From assembly GCF_009914755.1 (NCBI RefSeq), contig NC_060947.1: 64,000 nucleotides of DNA; one strand, 5' to 3'. Source of the stretch: the human T2T-CHM13v2.0 reference genome, Homo sapiens. Made by a program: the position numbers and the translations under genes. The notes below the pieces were generated by a model that searched no databases, was not told the origin of the DNA, and saw only the letters and a program-made list of their open reading frames with translations. Below, piece after piece: positions 30,123 through 43,990 of the stretch; position 1 is the first letter of the stretch, and the number at the start of each line of letters is the position of its first letter.

Positions 30123-30279
30123 ATTTAGACTAATAGCATTACAGCATTAAATATCAAAAGATCCACTAAAATAGATGAAAGTCAACTTCAGGGATCAAGA
30201 TATAGGGCATGGAGGAGGTCAAAGGGCCACTGTTTGTCATAGTACTATAGAATCATATTCTATGATATAATAGAATTAT

Positions 30280-30575
30280 TTTTATTGAGACAATAGTTGT
30301 ACATATTTATGGGGTACATGTGATATTTTCATATATTTAGATCTGAGCAATGCAGGTCTAAATAATATGATTACATTGTTACTTTGCTATTTTTTAGTTT
30401 TAGATATAATCAATCAATATCCCACTGTTGAAAACAAGACTTATTCTTTTTTATTGTACCCAACTGCCTACAATGTGTAATGATCAAATCAGGGTATTTA
30501 GGATATCTATCACCTCAAACATTTATCATTTCTTTGCGTAGGGAACATTTTAAATCTTCCAGCTATTTTGAAATT
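30280..30575 (-). mobile_element. Short L1MA 3' end, interrupted by an inverted local copy
   Basis: 'tgtacatatttatggggtacatgtgatatttt...caatgtgtaatgatcaaatcagggt'; TSD-like tagaattatt. Confidence 0.85.
30334..30465 (-). repeat. Inverted copy of 29526-29650
   Basis: About 7 differences in the 100-nt core by manual alignment; spans the HAL1/Charlie junction. Confidence 0.92.
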
Positions 30576-31974
30576 AGAATTATTGTTATATTACTATAGA
30601 ACTGTGTTTTATTACTTGACTCCTTAATCTTGTGTATGTACAATTTTGACAAAGAAAAAATACAGGATTGAAAAACCAATTTCTTAATATTCTTTTGGCT
30701 TCACAAGGCTACACCTATTTTCATTTTCACTTGGTGGTTTCCTTTGGAGGAAGAGTAATATCAGAAATAATGTTTTCAAAAGAACCAAGATGCCAAGAAA
30801 CTCCCCAGTACTGATATACCATGTGTCCACCCTGCCATCTCTGTGTGTGCATTAGCTAGCAAGCTGTTCTTTAAGCAGTATTTTTTCCCCCATAGGAATG
30901 GGTTGAGGCTTAGGAATGAAAGGTACAAAAACAATAAAAATTCAATTTTCTGAAGGATTCAAGCTGTATAAATAAACAAAACCCCATGACGGGTTATCAT
31001 TAAGGTATGAAACCTCCTTTATTACCTCCTCCAACTTACCCACTCTCTACAATTCTGTTCAGGGAAACCATAGCATATTTTAAAAAATGAACTATTGTTA
31101 CTAATCAAAAAAGCAGATAGCAACCTTAAGGCTCTGTCACTCCAGTGAGAAATAAGGTTGGGTTTATGATGTTTCTGGTCAGTTTCAGTACTGTAGTAAT
31201 TAGAAATGATTTTCTGGATTTTTCTTCAGTCTTACTAAGCAGGAGGACTCCCAAGAGAGAAAGGTGACAATTTGCAGTTCAGCTAACAGGCACGACAATG
31301 CATTTGAAATAGCAGTCTCCTAGAGAATTGTCAGGAGAGACTGAAAAAAAATTCATGTGGGAAAATGGAGGAAAGCATTAAAAAAAAAAACAAAAAACAA
31401 CTCTTCTCTTCACTCTCCTCTTCTTGCCAACTCCAGTGTTCCATTCAAAAGCATTGTTATAATAAAGAGAAAAGGCTTATCCTTATCATTTTTTTGTGTG
31501 TGTATTTGCATTTGAAATAGATTTTTATCTAAAACCCATTTACATTTCTGTAATCACTTTAATAGTTGACCTGTATACATTCAGAATAATTTTAATACTT
31601 AAGAGGGACAAGAAAAACTTAGAGGTCCCAAAGGAGAAACAAGGAAATGACTAAAAAGTAAAAACAATAAAGCCTATTCAGGCTAGCGAAAAAGATGACA
31701 GAGGGCCAAGTGAATACTGGCTTTCAAAGAAACAATCGGCTTAGGATTAGTGCAAATGAAGGACAGAGGATCTATCAAAGGGAGATTTCTGATCAGTGAA
31801 GGTCATTAGTGCCTGGAATACTTTATTACAGAGGTTGTAAAATGTCCTTCTTTGATAGCCTTTGGCAAAAGGATAAATATGTATTTTGTACAGGATTTCA
31901 TATAGTTTTGAAAAAGTTAGGGAAATTAATCATATGGCCCTTTTAAGATATTTTTCAGCCACTGGAGTCTCTAA

Positions 31975-32085
31975 TCATTTACTCATTTGAAACGACTTAT
32001 TGAATATCTACCATAGACCAAACACTGTGCTAGGCTCAGAAGAGACAGCAGTGAACAAGAAAGACATCCCCATACCCCTGAAGCT
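31975..32085 (-). mobile_element. L2 3' fragment
   Basis: 'ttattgaatatctaccatagaccaaacactgtgctagg...cagtgaacaag'. Confidence 0.65.
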
Positions 32086-32987
32086 TATTAAATGCTTCCT
32101 TCACCATTGAATGTGAATTTAAAGTCCAGCTTTATGAAGGAGCTGGGCTGAGTAATAGCCAATATTCCTTCAGTTTGAAAATTCAAGATAAATTGGCAAG
32201 GTCATTTTTCATCAATGGCAGAGGGGGCAGCAAAACCCAGAAAAAGCCAGTTCTGAGGTTAAACAACAAGCTAGATTTTATTAATTGTAATTTCTTAATT
32301 TCTTGAGGTCTTTTTCCAAAAAAAGTCTATGCTGGGAAATTTTTTCAGGTATGACATTTAGAAATCTATATGTCAAATGATAAGCCAGGATCTTATCATT
32401 TCAAAACATTTAACAATCATGAGTTTATCCCCCGAACATGGAAGTATGTAGCCCTTGGAAGCTACCGACAAGTATTTCTCAAAATCATCTGGTCATTGGT
32501 GAAACACCTGCTTAAAACAAACTTCTTGTAGTTAAGACATATGCAAATTTCATCCTGGGAACTACATTGCTCTTCAACCTCCAGCTTCTGAGAAAGAAAG
32601 CAAAGAGATTTTACTTAAAACAGTTCTTTAGGAAGGATGAAGGCAGCCAGAGTTGATAACAATCAGCTCAAGTAAGTCTGAACAAACAAAGCAGTATGGG
32701 ACCTATTCAGAAGTCAGACAGACCTCCATGATATCCATCTCTTCTAGAAGTATAGTTTTCCAAAGGTTCAGGCCACCTTTACTCTCCGCTCTGATAAAGA
32801 TAATTCTCACCTTTTTTTCTTGTCCCTAAATGATAACAGGAAGTGAGATAACTGCTGAACATGCCAGCCACTGGAGGTCTTTAGGAGGCCTGAATTTCTT
32901 ACATTCCAGACGGAGGCATTATGATACAAGAAAGATGGGGTTGTCCCTCAGAGTTATCCTCTTCCAGGGAATGCTCACTCAGTATAA

Positions 32988-33324
<337 letters not shown>

Positions 33325-33599
33325 TTTTCTTCTTATCCTCTTCATATACCATGTTCAAAAAAGTAATAAAATTCAGTTAGGAATAACGGTCATAGGTTTG
33401 CCTCCTTCCCACATAGAATGAGAAACTGTACAGAGAAACCATTTTACTAAGCGCATTCATGGACGGGGCTGGGAATCCCCACCTTCTTGGCGTACAAGGC
33501 ACTATAGTGTAGTGGGTAAAAGTGTTTTAGCTCAGGAGTCAATTTCCTGGGTTCAAATCTCAACTCTGCTCTTACAATTGTGTTGCTTGGGACAAGTGA

Positions 33600-33957
<358 letters not shown>

Positions 33958-33959
33958 TA

Positions 33960-34364
33960 ATATGGGCTGAACTGTGTAACCCCCCAACCCAAACTAATAT
34001 GTTGAAGTTCTAACACACAGTACCTCAGAATGTAAACCTATTTAGCGATAAAGTCTTTAAAGAGATAATTAAATTAAAATTAGGCCATTAGGGTGGGGCC
34101 CTCATCTAATATGACTGTTGCCCTTATGAGAGGAAGAAACCTTGAGCGGGGATGGGAAGGGTATGATGGCACAGAGGAAAGTGCATGTGAAGTGGCAGCA
34201 AGAGAGTGGCCATTTGCAAGCCATGGATTGAAGCATCAGAGGAAACCATCTCTGCTGATACCTTGAACGTGGACTTTCAGTCTCCAGAACTGTGAGTAAA
34301 TAAATTTCTGTTGTTTAAGCCACCTAGTCTGTGGTATTTTATGACAGCCTTAGCAACTAATACA
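33960..34364 (+). mobile_element. MaLR solo LTR (MLT1B-like)
   Basis: 'tatgggctgaactgtgt...tacctcagaatgt...aataaatttctgttgtttaagccacc...ctaataca'. Confidence 0.85.
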
Positions 34365-35426
34365 CAGCACTTATCCTTGTAAGACTGCTGTGTGAATTAA
34401 ATTAGTTAATTCATGTAAAATGCCTGAAATGTAGGCTGGCACATAGTTAACACTGTATGTTCATCAATGGAACAACAAAAAGGGACTATCTTTGCTGTAT
34501 GCAGTTTAATTTAAGGCCAGCAGCTCATTGGTCCCTGACCTTACTTGGGACTGGGGGTCAGACCTCTTCCTGTTCTTTTTGCTAAAGACCTGAATAAAAG
34601 TAGACACAGATTCTTCCTTGAAGGGAATTCCAGATTCTAGGCCACCTGATAGGAATGTTGTAACTGGCTTTTTGGTGGGCACAGGAGGACATGTTCAGCC
34701 TTCCCCTCTGGAACATCATTTCACTAAGAAGTTTGCTTTTTTTACCCTATGGCTGTGAATCATTCCTATGAACATTGGTTTAACTTTATTATGCACCATC
34801 ACAGCCTATCAGTTTGTAATAACACAAGTTTTATAGATTCTATATATCAGACACTGTTGAGTATAAAAACATAATGATTTTAGCACATGTGAATTAATTT
34901 TTTCTAACTCTAGTAGATTAAAAACGCACTGGGCTAAGCAAAAAATAGGTTAGAGTTTCACAGGAGAGTATTCGTTTTAATGAACGAATTTGCTTATTAT
35001 TCAGGATCAAGTGATGGTGCATACTTTCAACTAACCTAAAGAAGTTGCTTTATATCTACTGCATTTAGTATTACTGATCCCCTATAATGATACTTTCTTT
35101 CTAGAGACCATTAAAATGATTGTTTCATACCTCTTAGAAGTCTGACAATGGGATGGCAAGTCCTATTCTGATTCGATGAGCATGAAATGGTTGCCTATCC
35201 TCAAATGTTCCTGGTTTTCAGCCTGCCAAAGTGTCTCGAGGATAGCACTGCTAATAGAACCCTCTATTTAATTGCAAATAGATAATCTGGGTTTCAAAGC
35301 ACTTAATGATCATGAGGTGACTCATTATCACCTCAACTCTCTAAACATCAATTTCCTTAACTAAAAAATAGACATGATAATCCCCACCTTGCACAATTTA
35401 ATGGCTTGTTTACAAAGGACAAAGTG

Positions 35427-37233
35427 CAGCTAAGCCTTGAACAATGCAGGAGTTGGGGTGCCAACCCCGGCACAGCAAAAAATTTACAAGTAACTTTTGA
35501 CTCCCCCAAAACTTAGCTACAAATAGCCTATAGTTGACTGGAAGTCATACCAGTAATGCAAACAGTCAATTAACACATATTTTGTATGTTATATGTATCA
35601 TATACTGTATTCTTACAATAAAATAAGCTAGAAAAAAAGAAAACGTTATTAAGAAGATCATAAGGAAGAGGAAATACATGTACAGTACTGAACTGTGCTT
35701 ATCAATATCATAAATTTACATCACCTGTTTACAAAATGAATTGTCCCTCTGAAATGGCGGGCAACCACAAATGCAGATCTCAATCTATGGTACATATCAA
35801 GCAATTCAACTGTTTCTTGTAGTGGCATGACTTTTCTCTGCTTCTTGGGACCACTTTGTATGGGTCCCATGTTGTTATTCAAGGATTATAGTATTGCCCT
35901 AAACATGATGAAAAATACGCAAGAACTGAGAGAGATCACTTCTTACAGTGATACACAATTTACTGGAGAGACAACTGCTCATGCAGAGATGACTAGCATC
36001 TCATGGCCTTTTAGGCAGATACTCGCAACACTTGAGCTCATCGCAATAGCAACAGGAGGGGGCTAGAAATTATTACAGTAGTACAGTATATAGAGTTAAT
36101 GTTAAATAGTCATGATTTAATACTGCATCTATACATTTGTTTACATTTCTCTTAACTGCAAATGATGCCATATATGATCTGTTTGTGTGCATATATTTTA
36201 AAACATATTTTAAATCTGTTTTTTATAATAGATTTGTGTATATTTTATAGTAGTAGATGATAAAATACATGAGTATCTACATTATATTTTATGCATTCGT
36301 GATGTACATTTTCCTTAATTTTTTTTGATATTGATATGGACAGGAGACAGGGAAATACTGGGTAGAAGAGGGTGGTTCCCTGTCAAAGGCACTACCCTCA
36401 AGCCTGGATACCCATGGCCTAAGTGAGAACTGGCATTCCTGTTTTTGTGCCCAAAAAGTTACCTTTTGACCCATCACGCCCCCTATCCTGTACCGATATA
36501 AACTTTGAACCCCAGGCTCCAGAAGCAGACGAGGGGAAGAGGAGAGAAGCAGACAAATGGCAGACCAGTGAGGCAGAGAACAAGACGGGGACAGTCAGAG
36601 AATCAGCCACTGTACGGCCAAACTCCAGGGCAATATCATCTTCCCACTCCATCCCTTGTCTAGCTCCCCATCCATCCTGCTGAGAGCCACCTCCATCATT
36701 CAATAAACCCCCCCACATTCATCCTTCTAGTCTGTGTGTGATCTGATTCTTCCAGGATGCTGGACAAGAGCCTGGGGTACAGAAAGCTGTCATGTTTACC
36801 CCCTGCCCTTGCAAAAGGCAGAGCCCACTGGTTAATCCTTAAGCCATCTGCAGGCAGCAAGGCTAAAAGAGTGCACTGTAACATGCACCCACTTGGGCTT
36901 TAGGAGTGGCAGACACCCATCCCTAGATGCTGCTGTGGGGCTGCAGTCCAAAAATGCTCGTCCTGGTTCCTGTACCTGCCCATCTGTGTGCTTCCCATCC
37001 CATAAGGGGTTTGAGCTTGCGGTGGCTGAACAGAGAACCACACCCCTGTCACACATCCTGCAAGCAGAGCCAGGGAACTCTCCCATTTCAATATTTCTGG
37101 GTTATGCATTTGGTCTGCAAGTTTTTTCAAATTGTCACAAATCTTCAAAAATTTTTCCAATATATATTTTGAAACAAAATTCTGTATGAGTGAACCCATA
37201 CAGTTCAAGCCTGTGTTGTTCAAGGGTCAACTG
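35427..37233. mobile_element. Tigger2-family DNA transposon (internal-deletion derivative) split by an LTR
   Basis: Terminal inverted repeats cagctaagccttgaacaa / ttgttcaagggtcaactg followed by TA. Confidence 0.85.
36332..37090 (+). mobile_element. ERV1 solo LTR (MER50-like)
   Basis: TG...CA termini, 4-bp TSD atat, internal aataaa near 36702. Confidence 0.85.
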
Positions 37234-37254
37234 TATAATCATAGATAACCACAC

Positions 37255-37480
37255 ACTATTCTTTGCTGAGCACTTATGTATTAAACTTTGTGAATAATTC
37301 TCTGCATGCATTACCTCATTTAAATTCTCAAAATGACACCATGAGGTAGATATCATTATTATACTATTACATATAATCCACATTTTACTTAGGAATAAAC
37401 AAATGCATAAGTTGACTAACTTGCCCAAGGTTCACATAACTAGTGAATGGCACTGCACCAAGACTAGAATTCAATTCTTA
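37255..37480 (-). mobile_element. MIR
   Basis: 'cattacctcatttaaattctca...aacttgcccaaggttcacataactagt'. Confidence 0.7.
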
Positions 37481-37524
37481 GCTCAAGGGCCATCATCTCA
37501 AAGAGACTTTTCTTGACTCCTCTT

Positions 37525-37925
37525 TGTCTATTTGAGTTGATATAGTGGAATAACAGAGACTGGGTAATTAATAAAGCACAGAAATTTATTTCTTACAGTT
37601 CTGGAGGCTGGGAAGCCCAAAATTAAGGTGCCAGCAGATTTAGTGTCTGGTAAGGGCTTGCTCTCTGCTTCCAAGATGGTGCCATGTTTCTGCAACCTCT
37701 GGAGGGGATAAATGCTGTGTCTTCACGTGGCAGAAGGGACAGAAAGACAAAAAAGGGCCAGACAGCTCTCTGAAGCCACTTTTATATGGACATTAATCCC
37801 ATTCATGAGGCTGGAGCCCTCAGGATTTAATCACTTCTCAAAAAGCCCTGCCTCTTAATACCACCACAATGAGAATTAAATTTCAATATGAATTTCAGAA
37901 AGACACAGACATTAAAACCATAGCA
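37525..37925 (-). mobile_element. MaLR solo LTR (MLT1A0/MSTD-like) inserted in L2
   Basis: 'gaaatttatttcttacagttctggaggctgggaag...aaaccatagca'. Confidence 0.85.
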
Positions 37926-37929
37926 TCCC

Positions 37930-38155
37930 CTAAACTAAAGTTGTCATTCTCTGTCATATCACTCATCATTTTGTCTTATTTTCTTTTTAACACTCATCAT
38001 TATCAAAATTAGTATTCATTTGCTTTCTTGTTTGCCTCCCCTTCCCCAGTAGAATGTAAGCTCCATGAGAGCAGGGAGCTAGCCTGTGTTGTTTACCCTA
38101 AAGTCTAGAACAGTGTCTGGCACATAATGGGATAGAATATTTGTTGAATGAATTG
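37930..38155 (+). mobile_element. L2 3' end
   Basis: 'tagaatgtaagctccatgagagcaggg...tagaacagtgtctggcacata...tttgttgaatgaat'. Confidence 0.8.
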
Positions 38156-38195
38156 ATACTTGTCTGAACGCAAAGCTTCTTGGTAAACTGGAAAA

Positions 38196-38349
38196 TTCTG
38201 TCCCTTCTGCTATGTGAAGACACAGCATTCATCCCCTCCAGAGGATGCAGCAACATGGCACCACCTTGGAAGCAGAAAGCAAGCCCTTACCAGACACTAA
38301 ATCTGCTGGCACCTTAATTTTGGACTTCCCAGCCTCCAAGCCTGCAAGA
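38196..38349 (+). repeat. Inverted copy of LTR-internal 37591-37744
   Basis: About 12 differences in 154 nt by manual alignment; lacks LTR termini. Confidence 0.85.
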
Positions 38350-39078
38350 TATTGCCATCATTGCCTGATCTTGGTTTGTTAATCATAGTGAGCTGGGCCT
38401 GGGAAAGCCCAGGGAATGTTTTAACTGAGGAAAGGGGTTTGATACACTTCCCTAGTGGGTAACCCAAGTAGGATTTTGCAGTCAGGGCAAGACAACTCCT
38501 AGGAGAAGTGTTGAAAATAAACATTCGACTATACTTCAATTTTCTGTATGACATGTGCAAAGCACCCTTAGAGGGCCCTTTATTCTGGTGAGAAACATGA
38601 CTATGAAAGTAATCATAACCTCTGTGAACCTCAGAAATGGCTTAATTGAGAAAAAATACCTGCCCTGTAGAAATTCACAGAATCAACATAATCAACATGA
38701 AGACAAAATGAGATGATGCATATGAAAGTGCTTTGCAAAATTTAAAGTTCTGTGATACAAGTGTAAGGTGGTATTATTATGTTTATTTGATCAACTTAAA
38801 TTTCCATTTCAATGGCTAACATATAATTTATTTACTGGAAAGTATTCCCATAATCATCTGGTTATGGAAACTCTCCAAATGTTTCCAGCTCTAAGTTTAT
38901 TGCATCAAACTTAGAGCTAGAAACATTGGTCTTTGCAAAGGAGCAAGTGGAAGAGATTTAACTGTGGTGCAGGGAACCTGGGAAAATGAGGGGTAGGGTG
39001 TGTGGATAATCCAAGGTAGAAGGCAGACTTACTTCTCATTGTATAGTTATTTGTAGTGCTAGAGACTTTTAAAAATTA

Positions 39079-39447
<369 letters not shown>

Positions 39448-39934
39448 TTATATCTTAAGGGAAACAAATGAAACAAAGAAGCAATAAGATTAATTGTGAG
39501 CAGAAGCATGATGATAGATATCTAAGCCAAGAAGCTTTCAAATGAAAGGAGGTACCAACTCTTGCTCTCTTTTCTAGTCGGATTGGCCTGCTTGGTATCC
39601 CCTGAATGCTCCATACTCATTTTTGCCCTGGTACTTATTAGTAGACACTTTGTAGTGCAGCTGCCCTGCTCATAATTTTCCTTTCTCTGAAAATGACCCT
39701 GGATATAAAGCAGTAATTCCTGTCTTCTGCTCATAGTTGATTGGTTTAGGAGTAGGTGTTAAAATTGAGAAGCACTGCCTAGAAAGAAGATTCATGAAAT
39801 GCCCAAGATCTCTCTGTAGTTACCTTGGTTCCTGACCTCTTTGAGTTGGTTTTTCAAGTTTCAAGAAAGATTCTAATAACATTTCAACAAGCACAACCCT
39901 CTACTGCTCACTATTTAAGACAGCTGTAGGTGAG

Positions 39935-40180
39935 TGAGAATGAGATGTAGTATTTTTTAAGTCCCCCAGGTGATCCCAATATGCACTCAAGGCTGAGAAC
40001 CGTTACTCTACCCCAATGATACACAAACTGTAATGTACATATGACTTACATAAAGATCTTATAAAAATGCAGATTCTCATTCAGTAGGTCTGCGGTGGGG
40101 CCCAAGATGCTTCATTTCCAACAATTTCCCAGATGATGTTGATTCCACTGATGTAGAGATCACATCAGAGCAGCAAAGCT
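39935..40180. mobile_element. MER5A/B hAT MITE fragments
   Basis: 'cccccaggtgat...tgagaacc' and 'aaaatgcagattctcattcagtaggtctg'. Confidence 0.7.
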
Positions 40181-40613
40181 CTGTGTGGTTTCTGTTGCTT
40201 GAAACCAAAAGAACCTTGATTAAATACAGTACCTTTTCTCAGGTTGCAACCCTATCTTGTAAGGCTCTACCCACTTTATCTATTTGGATCTTACTCATCA
40301 TTCAAGAGTCGATTATAATCTCATTTCCTTTATGAAGTCTTCCTTAAGTCATTGCAACCCTCTCTTTCCTTGTTGATTGCCCATGGTACATATAGCCTCC
40401 ATTACATAATAAGTCATTTAATTGTCTTGGATAGAGTTCACTTACAAATGTTGGTAAATGTACAATTATTTCCTGTGTAAATCTCATCTCTTCCCAAGGA
40501 GTCCGTGTTTATATTTCTTGAAGTTTTATATATATATGTATGTGTGTGTGTGTGCATATATATATATATATATATTCTCTAATATATATATTAAAGATTA
40601 AAAAAAGATTTTT

Positions 40614-40720
40614 AAAAGTTTCCAGCTGTGGATTCATTTCTGCATGTTGGGTACAAATAATACCTGAAAATTAAGTGATGGCCATTTCATTTTACAGATA
40701 ATTGGGGAATCTTCTCTTTT
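40614..40720 (+). repeat. Direct copy of 42360-42468 flanked by twin (TG)n(TA)n microsatellites
   Basis: Roughly 82-85% identical with small indels by manual alignment. Confidence 0.88.
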
Positions 40721-40725
40721 ATGTA

Positions 40726-40768
<43 letters not shown>

Positions 40769-41291
40769 TTAATCTACCATGACCTCCAATCCAGTAGTGG
40801 GAACATGGCAGGTATTTAATTAATACTTGTTGAATTAAAGGCATATGGAAAAGGAAAGTGTGACTACCACCATTACCTAGGATATGTAAAGCTAAAAACA
40901 AACAAAAAAGTAGAAGAGGTCACAAAACAGATTGAAAGAATGACCTTACATGGCTTATGGTCATGGGCTCAGGAGGATAGATATATTTGCAGAGAGTTTT
41001 GGCTAGGGTGGGGTTCATGGCCTAGGGAAAAAAAGTGGATCTGAAATGCTTACACGCAGGTCAAGCGTGCAGAGCCCCACTGCCTCGTATAGCCCAGATG
41101 CCTTTTGGCACAGGTACTAACCAGACATTCCCCTGGACTCGGTGGGTTTGTTTCAAACCAAAGAAAGAAAAGAAGAGAAATGAACACTAGAGCTAAAAAG
41201 CTACTCCAGAGATCATCTTTTATCCAGCCTTCTCATTTTAAGGATAAGGAAGCTGAGGCTCAGAACTTACCATGTTACAGATGAACAAATC

Positions 41292-41581
41292 TTTTTTTTT
41301 TTTGAGACAGAGTCTTGTTCTGTTGCCCAGGCTGGAATGCAGTGGCACAATCTCAACTCACTGCAACCTCCACCCCTGGGTTTAAGCAATTCTCTTGCCT
41401 CAGCCTCCCAAGTACTGGGCTTATAGGTGTGTTCCACCACAACTGCCTAATTTTTGTAATTTTAGTAGAGACAGGGTTTTGTCATGTTGGCCAGGCTGGT
41501 CTTGAACTCCTGACCTCAGGTGATCCACCTGCCTCGGCCTCCCAGTGTTGGGATTACAGGCGTTAGCCACTGTGCCAGGCC
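41292..41581 (-). mobile_element. AluS
   Basis: TSD agatgaacaaatctt. Confidence 0.96.
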
Positions 41582-41840
41582 AAGATGAACAAATCTTGGC
41601 CCAGAACGCAGGTCTCTAATTAGTAGGACAATGTTGCTCCATGCAATAATGGATCTTGTGAGAATTTTTAATCTTCATAGAAATCCCCAGTCTCATAGTA
41701 TCTTTTGTTACTTTTGTCAGGGCTGGGGGATTCTGATATCTTAATGAAAGAGCTGTGAAATGGCAGAGGTAGTCAGGCCTTGCAATATGTGGGGAAGAGA
41801 GTGCAGCATGAATGAATGTAGCTTGCTGAATACTGCCTTC

Positions 41841-41967
41841 TTTTTTTTTTTTTTCACTACAAAATAATTTATTCGAACACACAGCTACAGTGGGAGACTC
41901 CTGTGTACAAGCACATTGACGCTGCTGACCACCCTCAACTAGGGGACCCTTTTCTTCCCCCTTGCTG
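41841..41967 (-). pseudogene. Severely 5'-truncated processed retrocopy (mRNA 3' end); parent gene not recognised
   Basis: Antisense: ...ARGKKRVP-stop, short 3' UTR, AATAAA 13 nt before an A14 tail, TSD tgccttctt. Confidence 0.75.
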
Positions 41968-43894
41968 TGCCTTCTTAACTCCAGTCCTCTTTTTAGTCTC
42001 AGTGAGCCCCGTTACCTTAAATGGATTCAATTGAACATAATTCCCTTGCTAGGCACTCATTTTGGTATGAGTAGAGTATAGATTTTCTCAAGTATGAAAG
42101 ATTGAAAAAATGAAAAATTAAATGAGAAAATTCCTCTTGAATGATGAGGCCTCTCCTTCTGGAGACCACCAGTCCTTCACCACTCTCTTTCTAGTGTGCT
42201 GCTGAGTGGGTTGACCAACTAATATGGGGTCCTAATGCCTTCATGCTACTTCATGATTCAAAGTAATCTCAGAGCAACTGGGTCCACTTCCTTGTGATGC
42301 AGATATACAAAGCCCTTTTAGAAAGTCTATGTATTGTTAAGAGAAAACAGAAGGGAAAAAAAAGTTTCCAGCTGTGGATTCAAATTCATTTCTCATGTTG
42401 GGTAGAAAAAATACCTGAAAATTGAGTTGGCCATTTTGTTTCAGAGAGAATTGGGGAATCTTCTTTTTGAAGCTTTACTGTATTCTGCTTTAGCAGAAAA
42501 AATAAAAGGATGAGAAATTGAGCAGAAGGACTCAAAGAGAAATAAAATTTTGATTTTTCAAATAGACACGGGCCAAAGATAAAAGGCCAACTAGCTTTCT
42601 TTTCCTATACTTCAGTTTGTCTTGTTCTCATATTAACCCATGTATTGTTGTGTTTAGCTTAACCCCACAATAAGTAGCACCAATGTTTACCAACAAATCA
42701 ATACTTTTTGTGGAAAAACAAGAGTCATTAGGGTGAGCTAGAATAAGGGTGGTAGCTGATTCAATTTCCCTAAAAATCTGACTCAGTTTCTTTATTTTAA
42801 AAAAAGACAGGGAAAAAAGATTTCGTGTGTGCTAGTGTGAACAATTTTGCTATAGTGTACCACTACTTAGAAAAGATGGCAACTCAATGTTTAAAACCCA
42901 AATAAATGTTATAGTCTGCCTTTATAAAACACAACCAAAGAAAAATAAACAAAAACACTTGCTGTCCTCTAGAATAGTTATTTATGTAGTAAACACACTT
43001 TTGCCACAACAGGGCACATTAGAGAATAATTAAACTCACTGGGTCATCTCCATTTTGAAGCCACCTTGATTTAACACTGCACAGGGAAGTAATTAGATGA
43101 ATTTGAAACCATAGTCTTAGGGGAGAAAAATAGCCCAGAATGTATTCCAAGGAGGGATTGTAGGCAGCCTCAGCTACCATTATTATACAGAAGATTGTAA
43201 AAAATAAAAGTGGAGAACAGGTTGTAGAGTACTTTGTACTCAGTAGCTTCCAGCCTGGCTTTTTAGCGTCTAATGTCTATGCTTGCAAGTTCTGGGAATT
43301 CTCTACCCTCAGAATCGGGAAGTGCTTTTCAGAGAGCCAAATTCTAAGTTTCCACAGCTGAATCTCTAAGAGAGATTGTAAACCTGGCTTGATAGGGCAT
43401 TGATTTTAATCTTTTTTTTTTTTTATTACCGTTCCCTTCAGTATCCCCTATGTCCACACTCCTAACTCAAGTTTAGAATGTGTAAGTGGAAGGATAAAAT
43501 AAGTGGAAAGTTCACATTTGGAAATAAGCAAAACTCTAAATGTGTGGGGATAGTAACAGTACAGTGGTTAAGAGTTCAGGTCCTGAATTCAAATAGACCT
43601 GGGTTTGTGTCCCTGATCTACTGTGTGCCACTTGGATTTATCTCCTACTTCAGCTCCCCATTTAGCTCCTCTCTAAGTGTCATGGAGAGCAGGGGGTAGG
43701 GTATAAGTAAATACTAAAATCACCTTTTTACTAAAAACTCTAACATATTGGCACAGAACATGACATTCCTAGCTTAAGCAGGTGGGAACAAGAAGCAGAG
43801 ATATAGGCCATTGCCATTAAGTGACCTCGTATGTACTTGTAGTATCTGAGACATGGGAAAATTTGAATATGGGAAACTTTTCTTTCTAGCTTTC

Positions 43895-43990
43895 TCTCCT
43901 CCTTGAGGGCAGGGGCTGTGTCAAATCACCCTTTATAGGCTTGGTAGTGCCTTGCTACAGTGCCTGGCATTCAACAAGGGAATGAATGAA
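43895..43990 (+). mobile_element. L2 3' end
   Basis: 'ctccttgagggcagggg...cagtgcctggcat...gaatgaatgaa'. Confidence 0.65.

Larger units (their letters stand above)
27510..30240 (+). mobile_element. HAL1-like (ORF1-only L1 derivative), interrupted by an AluJ and Charlie1b
   Basis: 'caagatggcag' 5' start, degenerate ORF1 ('cctagaatgctatacccagccaaacta'), 'aagggaatccccag' 3' motif, no ORF2 seen. Confidence 0.6.
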
